DNA of 63,174 bases, filler included, from Choristocarpus tenellus KU-1152 (Eukaryota > Protista > Phaeophyceae): NCBI GenBank assembly GCA_964200185.2. It is 13 parts of 13 records of this genome, joined end to end, with 100 filler letters (N's around TTAATTAATTAA, not from the genome) between each part and the next. Parts side by side here need not be neighbours in the genome. Positions count along the whole stretch, not along the records: positions 47,831 to 55,540 come from CAXNAD020005710.1; positions 55,641 to 63,174 come from CAXNAD020005998.1; 11 more parts are not named here. The stretch is one strand, 5' to 3'. Positions 50,860 to 63,174 of this stretch are shown here, in pieces. Positions within the stretch are counted from its first letter, which is position 1, and each line of letters starts with the position of its first letter. The notes beneath the pieces are model-generated. The model did no database searches. It worked only from the letters and a program-made list of their open reading frames with translations, and was not told the origin of the DNA. The translations under genes were made by a program, and so were the position numbers.

Positions 50860-51950
50860 GGGATTTTGAAGACACTGTCACGTTTGCACCCCAGCGCTTC
50901 ACCCGTTGACTGCGAAGAGTCTCTGCCAGACGCGCTCTAATGTCTCCCAGGGGTACACATCAAATGCCTTCATTGTGGCCTCCACCAGCTTCTCTGTGTT
51001 GGACACCCCCATGTCTTGCTTCAGTTGCTAGATGGAATGAAAGAATCGTAGTTCGTTGATGTGGAGGACAGGTGAATTGGCTGTCTGGGTCTCTATGACA
51101 ATGTCATCCCCCACCGCCTCCTCGGTTGCCTCCATGATCCCCCCCATTGTGTGTCACTTTACCCTGTCCTGCTGGACGAAGATGGTGTGTCCTTCCAGCC
51201 TAGGCGTGCAGGCCTTCATTGCCCGGATAACATCCTCAATCATGAGCTTCTTTACCTCTCCCCGTCCACTATGGCTGGCAGATGCACCTTGGTGCCCTTG
51301 GGACCGTGTTTGCTAGAGTGCTGAGGGACCTTAGTATCCACGATTGGCCAGATCCTGATTTTCCCATTTAACCACACCCGTTTAGAGAGCTTCCTAGGGC
51401 AGACCACAGCTTCAAGGAACATCACCTTTGTAATATAATGCTTGTTCTGTGCCTCAGTGAGGTGTAGGTACACACCTTGCCCATCTTTGAAGATGTAAAA
51501 CCACTTCTCATCCAGATGCATCCAGTCATATAGGTCATCCACTAATACCCAACTTCCTTCCCTCCTGTGCGTGTGACTGATGAGGAAGCTCACTCTGTTG
51601 ACTTTCTGCTGGTCTGGAAGGACTGAATTAATCCACCACTTGACCTTCTTCACCTTCTCACGCTTGCATGGATCCCACGACAAGACAATGAGACCCCAGC
51701 TTTGGCTACCCATTTACGGAAGGATGTGTGGTGTACCGATGGGACATCGCAAACGTCCTGGATACTTGTACGGCAGCCACATCACCCCTTGCAACGTCGT
51801 ACAAGGTCCATGCATTTACCCCATGCGATCTGGCCGTATTACTCCTTCAGATGATAGAACATGGTTATCCGGGAAATTCCAAAGTCCTCCACAATGGCTG
51901 TGTAATATAGGCAAGGTAGTATATACGGTCTTATCTCTTTAGTCACTAGC
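50860..51950 (-). pseudogene. Plant-type (Soymar/DD39D-like) mariner transposase pseudogene
   Basis: Motifs HLDEKWFY, ITKVMFL..V..PR, GKI.IWP, IFVQQD and QTANSPVLHINELRFFHSI with in-frame stops. A possible Stowaway-like TIR TACGTCCTCCATTTGGAATTAAATA lies at ~50585. Confidence 0.88.
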
Positions 51951-52688
51951 ACTGCACAACAAAAGTATTGCCTGCATGAAGTAAGGGTCAAGGACTTGTT
52001 TCCGTGTGCTCTAAGTAGCAGATTCGATGCTCGACTGATTGATTTCTTATTTTGTTTAATAAAAGTGGCTGACGTAGTGCGACTGACACAGACACATTGT
52101 TGAAGTATTTGCTGACGTGCGCAATAGACAATAATATAAGGGAGAGCACCTCACCACCAAGGGCTGTGCTCACTCCGCTAATAAATACATCCATACAATA
52201 TAAAGCAAAGACTCTATTGGAATAGCTCTCTTTTGCATAATGGCCACCACCGTCCCCCGAGGCATCCGAGTCTCACACCCTCTCACCTCCAGGCATCACG
52301 CCTTCACACTGTTCTTCATCAGGGGGGTTGAGTATCGACCGCAGGCAGACTTCTGGGTCGAAGAATTGGGATCAATGGGCAAAGACGGCATGAACAAGCT
52401 ACTTGAATGACGGGGGACCTTCATCCTAGGCATCCCACTAAAGACCTGCTTTGACAGAAGCGCAAGGTTTTTGAACCCCATCAAATGCCACTTGGTCGAC
52501 TTTATACTAGTGATCCTCCTCAGTCATGATAGCCCACGATCTCAAACTTTGCACGCCTCCCAATCTATATGAGAGCTAAGCCTCGCATATCATGTGGACC
52601 TTTGCCAGGCGAGAATGGATCTTGTAAAAGTTATGTTGTATTTTATTCTGAACTGAGGAAGAATAAGGACATGAATAAAGAAATAAAA

Positions 52689-54943
52689 TGTTAAAGAAGC
52701 TGATGCTCCCAAGACGTGTGTGTAGATGACCTGAATAATTCCTTATTGGGTTGAACAGGTTGTAGATGAAGTAAGGAAGAAGAATGGAGGAGTGAGCATT
52801 CAAGCCCAAAGGGAGGGGATCCTTGCTACCAAATCAATCCTATTCTATGGATCACTAACCACTAATCACAGATTACTTGCTACAATGTTTCCTTTTCTTA
52901 AGCACTTCCATATTCTAGTTCTTAAACCCAAATATATTCTGTTCTTCAGAACAAAAATATGGTCTCTTCCATCCTTATATTGTTTCTTACATAATCTTCT
53001 TTTACACATGAATGAAAAGCATATTCTTGACACTCTCCCCTGCTTTGAACTTCTAGGGGAAAAGTAACATTTCAGTCACTCTTGAGCATATCTTGAATAC
53101 AAAAATCAGTAACGCTTTATTCTGCGCAACATATCACTGGAATGCCTATTGAACGATTCTTTAGACAACCCTTTGCATAAAGATCCGCATGTAGGAACTC
53201 CGTAGGTAAATATCCAATTGCTGTATCTCCTTCTCTCTCCAAGTGACATGCATGGTGATATCTTGTACGTACGTGTTTTGTTCTACACCTCCAAGTACTA
53301 CCTTCTGAGCAACCTCAATTGCACGATCATTATCCTCAAACACTGGTGCAGAGTAATCCTTACAAAGTGGTTGCATGAACGTGTGCACCTGCTTGAGGAA
53401 CATAACCTCTTTCCCCAGCTCACATAGTGCGATATTCTCAGCCTCAGCAGCAGACAATGAAACCGTTTTCTTCTTTCTAGACCACCAGTCAACACATCCC
53501 CCCCCGAACATCACAACACCACCAGAAATAGACAATCTACTATCCTTCTGGTCCCTTAGTCCATTCCTATACAACCCAAAATCTCCAAAGGTAATGCCAT
53601 GACCTCTAGTACCTAGCAGATACCCCATTACTCTCTCAGTATTCAACCAATCAGACCAACTTGGATTCTCTATACAAGCTGCCAACTCTCTAACTGCGAA
53701 AGACGCATCAGGTCTAGTCATTATAGCTGTGTATTGTACCCCACCAACCATCCATCTGTAGCCGTCTTAAAGAGGCCCCTCCTGCTCCTCCCTCTTTGTA
53801 ATCGATGGCAGCTCGTGTGCATTGCCAATACCACGTTTTTGCGCCAGATCTCTTATGTACAAGCTCTAGTCCACCACAAGTGTCCCAGATTTCCTGTTTC
53901 TCCTGATCCTGCAGCCCATGAATTTGGTCACAATTCACCACCAGGAACTTCTTATTAAGTCCCTTGATGACACTAACAGCATAGTCTGCCTCTGATTCCT
54001 CTCCCAGAGTAGTAGTAGGGTTTTATTTTTGTCATATGTCCCGAACACCCACTGCAAAAAAATCAGGTTCATCCAATTCCACAAGACTACCATTATTGCT
54101 TATCGAGGAGAATCCTCCTAGCTGTGCACTAATGTACCACTCGCTTTGTATTCTCCCTCACCGGCTTCACCAGCGTTGTTAGTATCACCTCTCTACTTTC
54201 CCTTGCCATTCTTCCCCTTCCTTCTGGGATTTGGTCCAGAATTAGTCCGTCCTTGACCAGTCACTCCAACAGCTCCAGCACGTTTAGGACAACAGCAACC
54301 CTTTGTGTCCTGTCACTCCATATACATAACAAGCACCGGTGTAGGATCCAGAACGTGAGGAAACAGCAGTGGGGCAAGAGGATTGAAAGTGTGATCCTTC
54401 ACACGTCCTGATTGTCAATCCTTTCGATACCCTGTGTTGTTCCACCTCTCGCACGGGCTCCATCCACCGTCAGTGCCCCACCATTGCTCTCCATTTGTCC
54501 TTCTCGTTGGCGTTTGCACATGTGGCAGGCCTCACAGAGACTCGTTGTGACCGATGGAGAGCAATGGTGAGGCACACATGCTAGCTAGTATGTTAAAGAA
54601 GCTGATGTTTCCAAGACTTGTTTGTGTATGTAGATGACTTGAATAGTTCCTTATTGGGTTGAACAGGTTGTAGATGAAGTAAGGAAGAAGGAAGGAAGAG
54701 TGAGCGTTCAAGCCAAAAAGGGGGGGGGTGTTTGTCACCAAATCAATCCTATTCTATGGATCAATAATCACTAATAACAGAATACTTGCTACAATGTTTC
54801 CTGTTCCCGAAATCGTTCATATTCTAGTTCTTAACCCCAAACATATCCTCTATTCTTCAGATCACAAACATGGTCTCTTCCATCCTTAGATTGTTTCTTA
54901 CATAATTTTCTTTACACATGAATAAAAAGCACACTTCTTGACA
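52689..54943 (-). mobile_element. Internally deleted Ty1/Copia LTR retrotransposon (2255 bp) with both LTRs and TAAAA TSD
   Basis: LTRs 52689-53032 and 54591-54943 run TGTTAAAGAA...TTCTTGACA, with TAAAA on both sides. A minus-strand PPT AAAGCAGGGGAGAG abuts the left LTR. RT end/RNase H lies at 53161-53751 (TRPDASFAV, WWSRKKKTVSLSAAEAE, VFEDN) and a degenerate gag knuckle at ~54290-54340. Confidence 0.93.
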
Positions 54944-55744
54944 TAAAACAACCAAATGAACAACGGAATAAGTGCGATTTCGTTGCCTGGTGTACAAAAG
55001 AACAACATGCATCCCAAGTGGAGCGATGAAAGAATAATGTAATATGAAAATGCATACAAACATGATCAATCATTGTCACATACAGAATGTTGGCAAAGAA
55101 AGTCAAAATAAAGCTATGGGCAGAACAGAGTTGGAGCTGGCCATGGACCATTACTGAACAACCCTTCAAGTCAGAATAATTGTCCTCCGGCATAAAAGAA
55201 AATACAAATTGCATAGAAGGGGCATTAATAAAAATGGAAACGAACGCAATACAAAAGTAAAGGGGAAAAAAAATAATGAAGAAAAGAGTGTGAACTAGTC
55301 ATCTAACAAAAGAAACTTCTGTCTTCTCCACGTATATATTGGTACACATGTATGATTAATCAAATTGGCATGTGTTGATATGTCCACAGTAGACATCCAC
55401 TAAAAAGACAATAACAGTCCCTACCCCGATTTTATGCCAACTATTATGTGCCAACTATTATGTACCAAATACCATTTTGTACCGCTTTTTTCGACATGCT
55501 CAAAAAATAGGCTTTTGTACCGGAATTATCGTATTCGGGCNNNNNNNNNNNNNNNNNNNNNNNNNNNNNNNNNNNNNNNNNNNNTTAATTAATTAANNNN
55601 NNNNNNNNNNNNNNNNNNNNNNNNNNNNNNNNNNNNNNNNAAAAAAAAAAAAAAAAGAAAGGAAAAAAAAAAAAAAAAAAAAAAAATAAAAAACAACACC
55701 CTGCGCAGAACTCCCTCTCCCCCCCCCCCCCCCCCCCCCCCATC

Positions 55745-56040
55745 TCAGTTTATGTTGAATCTCGGGCATGTGTGTTGGTTGCAGACACAAGACTGCTTCC
55801 CTTTGCGGCCATCCAAGGCGACGAAAATGCCCGGGTTCAAACCCTGATCGAGGCAAGGTTTTTTCCGCAGGAAATTCGACTTCCATGGACCGTATGGCAA
55901 GTACATCGGGGAGGTACACCTGTACCTTATTATCATGCAATAAACCAAGAAAAGCTACAGGCGGAAAGATCTGCCCTGCGATGGAGAAGATTCATCGCGA
56001 ACAGAGGGAGTACGCACCACAATTAAGGAAAAAAAGTGAG
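55745..56040 (+). mobile_element. Possible tRNA-derived SINE-like element
   Basis: T-arm/B-box-like CCCGGGTTCAAACCCTGAT followed by a T-run and an A-rich downstream end; no cloverleaf. Confidence 0.35.
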
Positions 56041-56222
56041 TAAAAAAAATAATAATAAGACGCCTGACCAACTCGCACAAACCCAGACATGTTCCCTCAA
56101 GTCAATCGATCAACCCCTGTGGAATGCATTCTGTTCTGACCAAGTGGTTGCTATCGATCACAACTGGGGACCGAGGAACACATTGCTTCCAGGCTCACAG
56201 TCTTTCCTCAGACTGTCTCCAG

Positions 56223-56255
<33 letters not shown>

Positions 56256-56659
56256 TTCCCCTCCCCTTCCCCCCCCCCCCCCCCCCCCCCCCACATTCGC
56301 TTCCTTCTTCAGTCCCCTCCCCTCCGTGGCGATGGTGTCATATCATCTCTCCCATCATTGCTACAATATATATATATATATATATTGCTTCAAGCAATGC
56401 AGTTGCTACACACTTCCATATGCTTTTAATAATTTTAATAATTTAATACTTTACACCAACAAAAAAAATAGAATCATAAATCAAATACGAAAATAATAAA
56501 ATAATAATAAAATAATAATAAAAAGAGCGTGTACTATGGTTAAAAACTTGAGAGCTGTGCCATTTTCATCTTTTGTGTAAGCATGCACTATATATATATT
56601 GACAGTTACCCACATACAAGCACTCTTTTTTTTTTCTCTCTCTCTCTTGTCTGTTGCAC

Positions 56660-58007
56660 CTGGAAGGCGGGATATTGGACAGCAGTGAAGAGGCCGTTGA
56701 CTGCTATCGCCAGGTACACGTGTTGTACCTCCAGATCTCCCATGTTCATTCCCATCCCTCCTCCCTCCTCCCTCTCTCCTTCAGTGCCTTGTACCCAAAG
56801 AGTAGTGTAAATAGCACAGGGTTGGATGTAGTGCATGGCTGGGGGGGTAAGCAAGATCAGGACTGTAATACCAATTGTAGAATGGGTTTGTATAAGCTGT
56901 GGGGAGGGGGGGCGGGGGTACGGTGACAATGGTTTGAAAGGGAAGGTAATGGTGTATTCTTAATCAAATATGACAACGATAGTAACAGTGACGGTATTTA
57001 AAAATACTTTAAAATTAGAAAAAATAAAAGTAATGAGAAGAGAAAATAAGCAGGCGCGAATAGCAGTAGATAAAACAAAAACAGCAATAGTAAGTAAAAT
57101 AAAATAAGGATAATATTCATAATAAGAAGAAGAATAGAGATAGCACGAGGAAGTGCTAATACTTCAACAAAGCAGCCCTCACAAAGGATTCAGATGCCAC
57201 TTACATAATTAATGTTCATTTGGAACAGAAACAACAAAAAAAGTCACATACGTCTGTCTGCCAGTCTATCTGTCCGTGTTGAGTGTGTTACCAATGCTAG
57301 CTCCTAATTTTGCACGTTGGCTTTCACTGGTGACTCTTCATGGGCTATCACTCTAGGGTTAGGGTTAGGGAAAAGACAAAAGGAAAACCGACCACCTCCT
57401 CCATTGATAAAAGTCAGCAAAAAAAAAAATATGACCAATAGAATTAGAATTAAAACAAAAAAAAAACATATTTTAAATTAAGTTTAGTATCTTTTTCAAG
57501 TAATCAGCGATCGTCCAACGAGTTTACAGTTTGTTTCTAACATTTACATTCACTACCTTTTTTTTTTCCTTTTTTTTGCTGCAAGATAATAAGGATGAAT
57601 AAAAAAGCTACAAAAAAATGGATGCCTCCGCGTATACGTGTACAGCAGTAGGTGCAGCCGGCAGGTTACAAACATGCCAACAGCGACAAAGAAGAACATC
57701 GGTCTAGTGCGCATTTCAAAGAGATCAGTAACAACCAAAAAACACTTCAGAAATGGATCCAAGAGTTTCCAGATCCCTAAAATCAACTGCAGCGTGATGT
57801 ACGAGAGTGTATTGCTTTCACATCCTTCTACCCATTATATTAAAAAAAAGATCATCACCAACGAACGCTATTATTGCTTCTTCTCCCTTCAAAGAGGAGA
57901 TCCAACAGACACGGCGCAAGGGCTACGGTTCTGGGTTAGGACAAATATCACCCATTTGAGAGCGATAAAAACACTCTGCTTCATCCGCCATAAACGCCCG
58001 CCCACGT

Positions 58008-58043
<36 letters not shown>

Positions 58044-60815
58044 TGCGATTTTCCACCCCTCAATCATTCCATTATCAATATTATTGTTCTATGAACTACG
58101 ATTGCCGTCCCTATTACCGTTCTTTTCATTTCATCGTAGTTATTCCACTACTAGTAGTCTTGCATATTTTATCTCTGTTATTGTTATTGTTCTTACATGA
58201 ATCCCCCCATCATTTTCGTACCGTGGTAGTATATTGATCATAACCCTAACCCTAACCCTAAAAGTGACACACCATGACCGCTAACGCGGTACAAGTACAA
58301 CGCAATGCAGTAGAGTCCACCAACACAAAAATTTATGCTCCATCCGTGTTCCCCACAACTGCCACTTTTGTGAGTAGAGCCTTACAAAACAGCTCTCTCT
58401 ACTATGGTACCACCATTCAAATCTTTTTTCTTTTCTTTTTTTGCGACAGCGCCTAATGCAGTACTTACCTGTTGAAATCTCGCTTTGGCCCTCGACACCG
58501 TCTATCAATCGCAAATGACATGAGTCAAACCCAGTTCCTCCTACCCCACGCCCTTCCAAGAATTTACATAGAGCTCTTGCGATAAGACAATGTCGGAGTG
58601 TCCTCATTTGAGCACACAAGCAATCTAATCTCCTGTGCACACATCATCGGATCACACCATCGCCCACGAGAACCACATCGAAAGACTGGGGTTTCAAGAT
58701 CCTTGGCAAGCGTTTCTTACAGTTCCTATGTGAGAATTCCATCCTGTACTACACTGGCTTGCCTACATCCTACGAAACATGGGACACGTTGAAAACATTT
58801 AATGGGTGTGGTGGAAGCAACAAGGATTGGGATAGGGAGGGGGGGGGGGGGGGGGGGAGGGATGCAACATGTCGCTAGAAGAAGGCACCCCCCCCCCTGC
58901 CTGTCCTAATCGAGGCTTCCTCTTCTTATTGTTGACGACAGCACAATTGTAAATTAAATTATAAAATTAAACCCCTAATAAGGTCTCAACCAGTCCCCAA
59001 TACACCTGCCTGCTATATTCCCCCCTTCCACCAACAAGAAAACAGGCAAGTTCATCTGCAAGAGAAACAAGGTCAGGGCTAGCCCCTAAGCCCTAAGCCC
59101 TAACCCTAACTTGTTCACCAGCCATCAGTCACCAAGAGGAGATCATATCATATCCGTTTCATTTTCATGCGTGAGCCCCGTGATCAATGCACTAATCGCG
59201 TAGAGTACAGTTTGGTCATTTTGCTGCCTGACCTTAACCTGAATACTGTTATCCAAGAATATTGCCTATTTCAGCATTGACAAACACTTATATGGTCGTA
59301 TATGGGTTGAAGCTACACCGAAAGTTGAAGGTAATGTATCTGGGGCACCCCCCCTATAGGATATTTTGAGTCATTCCTCTCTAGGAATCCTGGAGTCGCT
59401 CACCAGAGCCCGGTAATATCTTCATCAGCAGCCAAACTGAGGTCAGTGCAGCTGCCACATCCGACAGAGCAATGACTGCCTTCCTACTCCACTTGTCTGC
59501 TGCATACCTGACCCCCCCAAGCCCGCACATCAATGTGGAAGTAATCGTTGCAAGGGAGAATGTGCGAGGAAGGTCCTCGTCCTGTTCAGTAGTTACCATC
59601 AAACACTGAATCTCCTCACCATGAAGTGGGAATAGGAAGTTGCTTAATGCATTGGGATCTATCCTTCTTTTCTAGAAGGGCTTATATACAACAACAACCA
59701 CCATAAAATATACTCCTAGTATATACAAGGTATTACCCCAAAAGACCCTACTAATAAATATCTTTGGCACGTATGCTGCTAATGAATTGTTCCCGTCCTG
59801 CTCAGGGCTAAATTTAACTGTCAAATTCAGACCGCACAGGGAAGTTATTGGAGGTTGAAACAATGGTGATAACAACTGATATTGAAACCTGGTACAGTTG
59901 TGATAAGGAGGAGTGGGACAGGGTGCCAACGTTCCTCATCCAGCATCGTATCAAACGCCGAAGCGGTGCCCCAGAAGGGCCGTTTCCCACCTTGGTCAAG
60001 AGGGAACCAATATCTTGGTCTCAGTATAAGGTCGGGACACGAGTAGTAAGGAACCTCACCGAACTCTGGGTACTAACTTTAAAGGGGTCAACGTTTATGA
60101 GAAACCTGAACTCTGGACACTGACCCTTGGCATCTTCTCACCAACAATATACACTCTGCACTGCAGCAAAAAACAACCAGTCATTGCAACAACTTTAAGC
60201 TCTCACCCCGCCAGGGGTGCCACTACTAGTCCAGGTATGTCCGTGAGCAAGGCCAATCCCGAGTACGTCGTGACGCTACGGGTTGTCTCGAACACCCAAC
60301 AACGTAAAGTAAACGATACTAGGTAGGATCCAGTTGCCGATGCGGTTTGACCTGCTCATGATCCAGTTCGCGTACGAATTGTCAGATGTTTATAGTTGCA
60401 CAAGTTCTTGCAGGTCAAATCTGTCAAATGGCTCTCTTCGATTATTGCGAGCACAGAGGGTAGATCTTCATGAGTCAAGGATACGTCACGATTCAAAAAC
60501 ATCTACTCCACAACAAACGATGTCGTCGATAGTGACCAAGGAGCACCCACCACAACACCCCATGTAACACAGGTCAGATATTCTCTAAAAACAGGAAGGT
60601 CGTGAGAATTCGCGACGGGACGACATATGTGGATAGATGCGCACATAACACAAACCTGGTAAAAAAACAAACACAACGAACCTCATCAACGCACCTTGCA
60701 CAAAATCAAGGCATCCCCGAACTAGCATACCTGCCAGGAGGATGAGGAATTGCCTCCATCGCTTGCCATCCTTGGCGTGGGTTCCAGCGAACGGCTTCGC
60801 GATTTCAGGCGCCAT
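56660..60815 (-). CDS. MFS transporter, MefA-like/DHA3 (bacterial-type), N-terminal exons
   Basis: Phase-compatible exons 60815-60731, 60351-60207, 59507-59404, probable 58501-58469 and 56787-56660. They give ..RQFLILLAGQTASATGSYLVSFTLRCWVFETTRSVTTYSGLALLTDIPGLVVAPLAGYAADKWSRKAVIALSD..HVYLAIAVNGLFTAVQYPAFQ, i.e. TM1-4 with MFS motif A and the GQ..S..GS / WV...T.S / Q.PA signatures. Confidence 0.88.
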
Positions 60816-61331
60816 CTGTCACAGATTTAGAAGTAGAGAAGGTTGTGTTTAATAGAGAGGCTGCCTTACTTGTAGGGTTAGGGGAAAAGACCTTTCTAAG
60901 AACATTGCCTTTCCTCTAAACTCTCAGTTCTCAATGATTTTCTCTCATCGTGAGGTGGCAGCCCCTAAGTGAAAGGGGGATAAGTGAAGCCACTTGTGCA
61001 TCTAGTTAGGGAGAAGAAGTAAGCTTAACGTGAACGAAGTATTGCTTCCCTTAAACCTGAGCTCTTGGTGGCTGTGGATCAAGGACACAAGGAAAGGCAT
61101 TGGCTTTCTGTCGTTTTTTAACTCGGTTCAACGTTGAAAAATCGCTACCTACTATCCTCCACCTCTAAAAACCTTCTAGTGAGAGGGGAGATCGAAGCCA
61201 AGGTTCTAGTGCTGAAGGTAGTCTCCGGTTGGAACACGCAAGGCGGACAAGAAGGGCGGGGTAAAGAGGATATTTGCAGCTGGGAGTACATTCTTCACTT
61301 TCATTTTTTTGTCCCCTCCAGTGATTTATAG

Positions 61332-62044
61332 GACAGCGAAAGCACATTTCGAGGTTAAAGGATAGCGAAGTTAAGGGCGAGGACATGTCTTGGACTGGGG
61401 GGGGGGTGGGCACTGTGAATGTCTCCGTGGGCGAGGCCGATACCGGTCTCACACATCAGGTGCAGCTGGATCCAGGGGAGGAGGGTGCCGATTGGCTGAA
61501 GTCCAAGCTAATCAGGTGGGAAGAGTGCTGTTCGATGCTCTATATTTTCCCTCTTCTCCGAGATTTCCCTTTTCTCGTTGAGATCGCTGAGTTCTGAAAT
61601 GGTCTGTTGTCTGATGCCTCAGTTGACATCATGGTATGATTTTGCGTCATCATTCAACTTGACCTGTGTCCAAAACAGGTTACCAATTTGAACCAGTAGC
61701 TATACGACCTTATAAGTCCCTTTTCGCTACCCCACAGTGTATCCAATGAAGGAGAAGTTCGGTGAGGGGATTCGTTTTCCTGCCGATTGGTACATTCTAC
61801 TTCACCTTCACGCTTGTAGTTGGAAGTATCTTTTTGAATTGCAATCTCCAGTTCAGGAAGGATATAACCGTGCTTGCTCTTTGAGGGCAGAGTTCTCTGC
61901 CCTCTAATGTGCATATCTCTCTGCACACAATGGCCCCTTATCTATAATTTTTTTTCCTATGGTGATAGAAAGGTGGCCGGTGCTCTACCTGTGGTTCACG
62001 TTCTGCAGGCTATGCGGCTATGCATACCAGTCGTGGTATTTTGA
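61332..62044 (+). CDS. Unknown protein, candidate exons divergent from the MFS gene
   Basis: AG/GT-bounded, phase-compatible segments 61332-61515 (..QVQLDPGEEGADWLKSKLIR) and 62009-62044 (LCGYAYQSWYF). No family recognised. Confidence 0.35.
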
Positions 62045-63174
62045 GTAATGCAGAAAAATGCACGCACAAGTACTGTTCTTCGGCCTCCAACCTCAGTAAC
62101 TCCTTGCAAACAACAAAACATGTGAATGCAATGCCTTTTCTAACCTCAAGGATTGTCGTATAGTATGAACTTACCTGGTGTAGCAGTCCTGATGCCCTCA
62201 ACTCCAGTCTATAAATGCTCCCGACAAATTGAAACCCTTACTGCACTACTGTGCGATGAGAATCACAACCTTTGGTGGATTTCTTGCACATTCTTCTCCT
62301 TCCCTCCCACCCAAACACACAATATGCCAACTGCTCTCCTCAGCCAACTGTCCACACCCTTCCAGGGGCCTCACCTTTCATGTCAAGCTTGATTTGCTTG
62401 CACACCAACGGAATTTAATCTGGGGTATTACATATGTGCAAGAGCGCTGCAAACAGTGCAATGTATGTTGCACCTGTTTTGTACGTACATTTTATAAGTG
62501 GAGATATGAAGGCTCTTTCCTTTAGGACCCTAATAATGGCCTGTAGAATCCCTACTACATACAGGTGGTGAAGCAGACAACCATCTGAAAAATATCCAAC
62601 ATCATGGGTATGCTCGGCTATGTCACTGGAATGCTATTGCACACTGTTTGGAGGATTTGTGACAGTCTTGTGACCAGCCCCCTGTTGGTTTTCATTATTT
62701 CTCCCTTGGTAACACCAATATTGTGGTGGTAGCCTTTATGCATACGCTGATGAAGGGACATTGTGAAACACCCTAGGGGAGTCTAGTGGAGGACAGATGT
62801 ATCCTATGGATCTAATATGAAAGAGAGACCGTTCCGTTCTATTTTGTGGATGTTTTTTGGGGGGGGGTTGTTGTACAATCCCCCCCCCCCAGCAACGTTG
62901 ACATGAGAGATCTTTCTTGATGCGAAGTGTAAGTTGGTTACAGAACATTTAAGACATTACTCTCTGTAAGCCGCTCTATCTATCTATGGCACACACTGTA
63001 CAGCCATCAGTGCAGCCCTTCACACACACCAGGGTACTGGTGCAGAAACATAAAGTTGGTGGTGAAGAGTGTGAGACAATTATCTGTTTCAGTTTTTGTT
63101 TATGCTGCTGCAAGCAACAGTCTTGAAAGATGTGCATATATCAAAACCACAAAGCCAGAAGATTTTAGCCCCCC

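Noticed and set aside
5416-55640. Regularly recurring TTAATTAATTAA as a biological repeat, or the window as a gene cluster
   Set aside because: It is always centred in 44+44 Ns, so it is a concatenation linker; genes on different contigs are not neighbours.
57638-58237. 199-aa ORF
   Set aside because: Runs through (TA)n and AT-rich intron sequence of the MFS gene on the opposite strand; no motif.
59993-60020. Micro-exon DIGSLLTK as MFS TM1
   Set aside because: The true TM1 (GQTASATGSYL) is already encoded by exon 60351-60207.

Overview
This window is eukaryotic nuclear DNA, most likely a brown alga (Phaeophyceae) or a close photosynthetic stramenopile. The assignment is inferred from intron-rich genes, a plastid-type trigger factor, an FNIP-repeat gene and a brown-algal-type secreted beta-sandwich protein. 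It is not one locus: 13 unrelated short contigs are joined by 12 artificial 100-bp linkers (N44-TTAATTAATTAA-N44), so neighbourhood across linkers is meaningless. Most listed ORFs are spurious. Manual splicing recovered these genes or gene fragments: an RNI-like LRR terminal exon, a cNMP-binding-domain protein, an intronless FNIP-repeat ORF, HYOU1/Grp170, a calponin-homology exon, an unknown possibly mitochondrial protein head-to-head with a sulfotransferase-like gene, plastid trigger factor (with a GC-AG intron), a complete 6-exon secreted galactose-binding-like protein, a bacterial-type MefA-like MFS transporter and one unknown gene. The rest is mostly transposon debris: RTE-like LINE, Tc1-like, plant-type mariner, Gypsy, Copia and tRNA-derived SINE-like heads. 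The best candidate for an undescribed system is a dense MITE superfamily with bipartite TIRs (GRSYCAAAGTATCT-polyG plus inner TGTCCATTTGG). It has about 20 TIR ends in 63 kb, two insertions with internal evidence for 3-bp TSDs, and a sister family with an apparent 4-bp TSD. Two odd LTR structures are also notable. No CRISPR array, rRNA or intact tRNA was found. Novelty cannot be confirmed without database searches.
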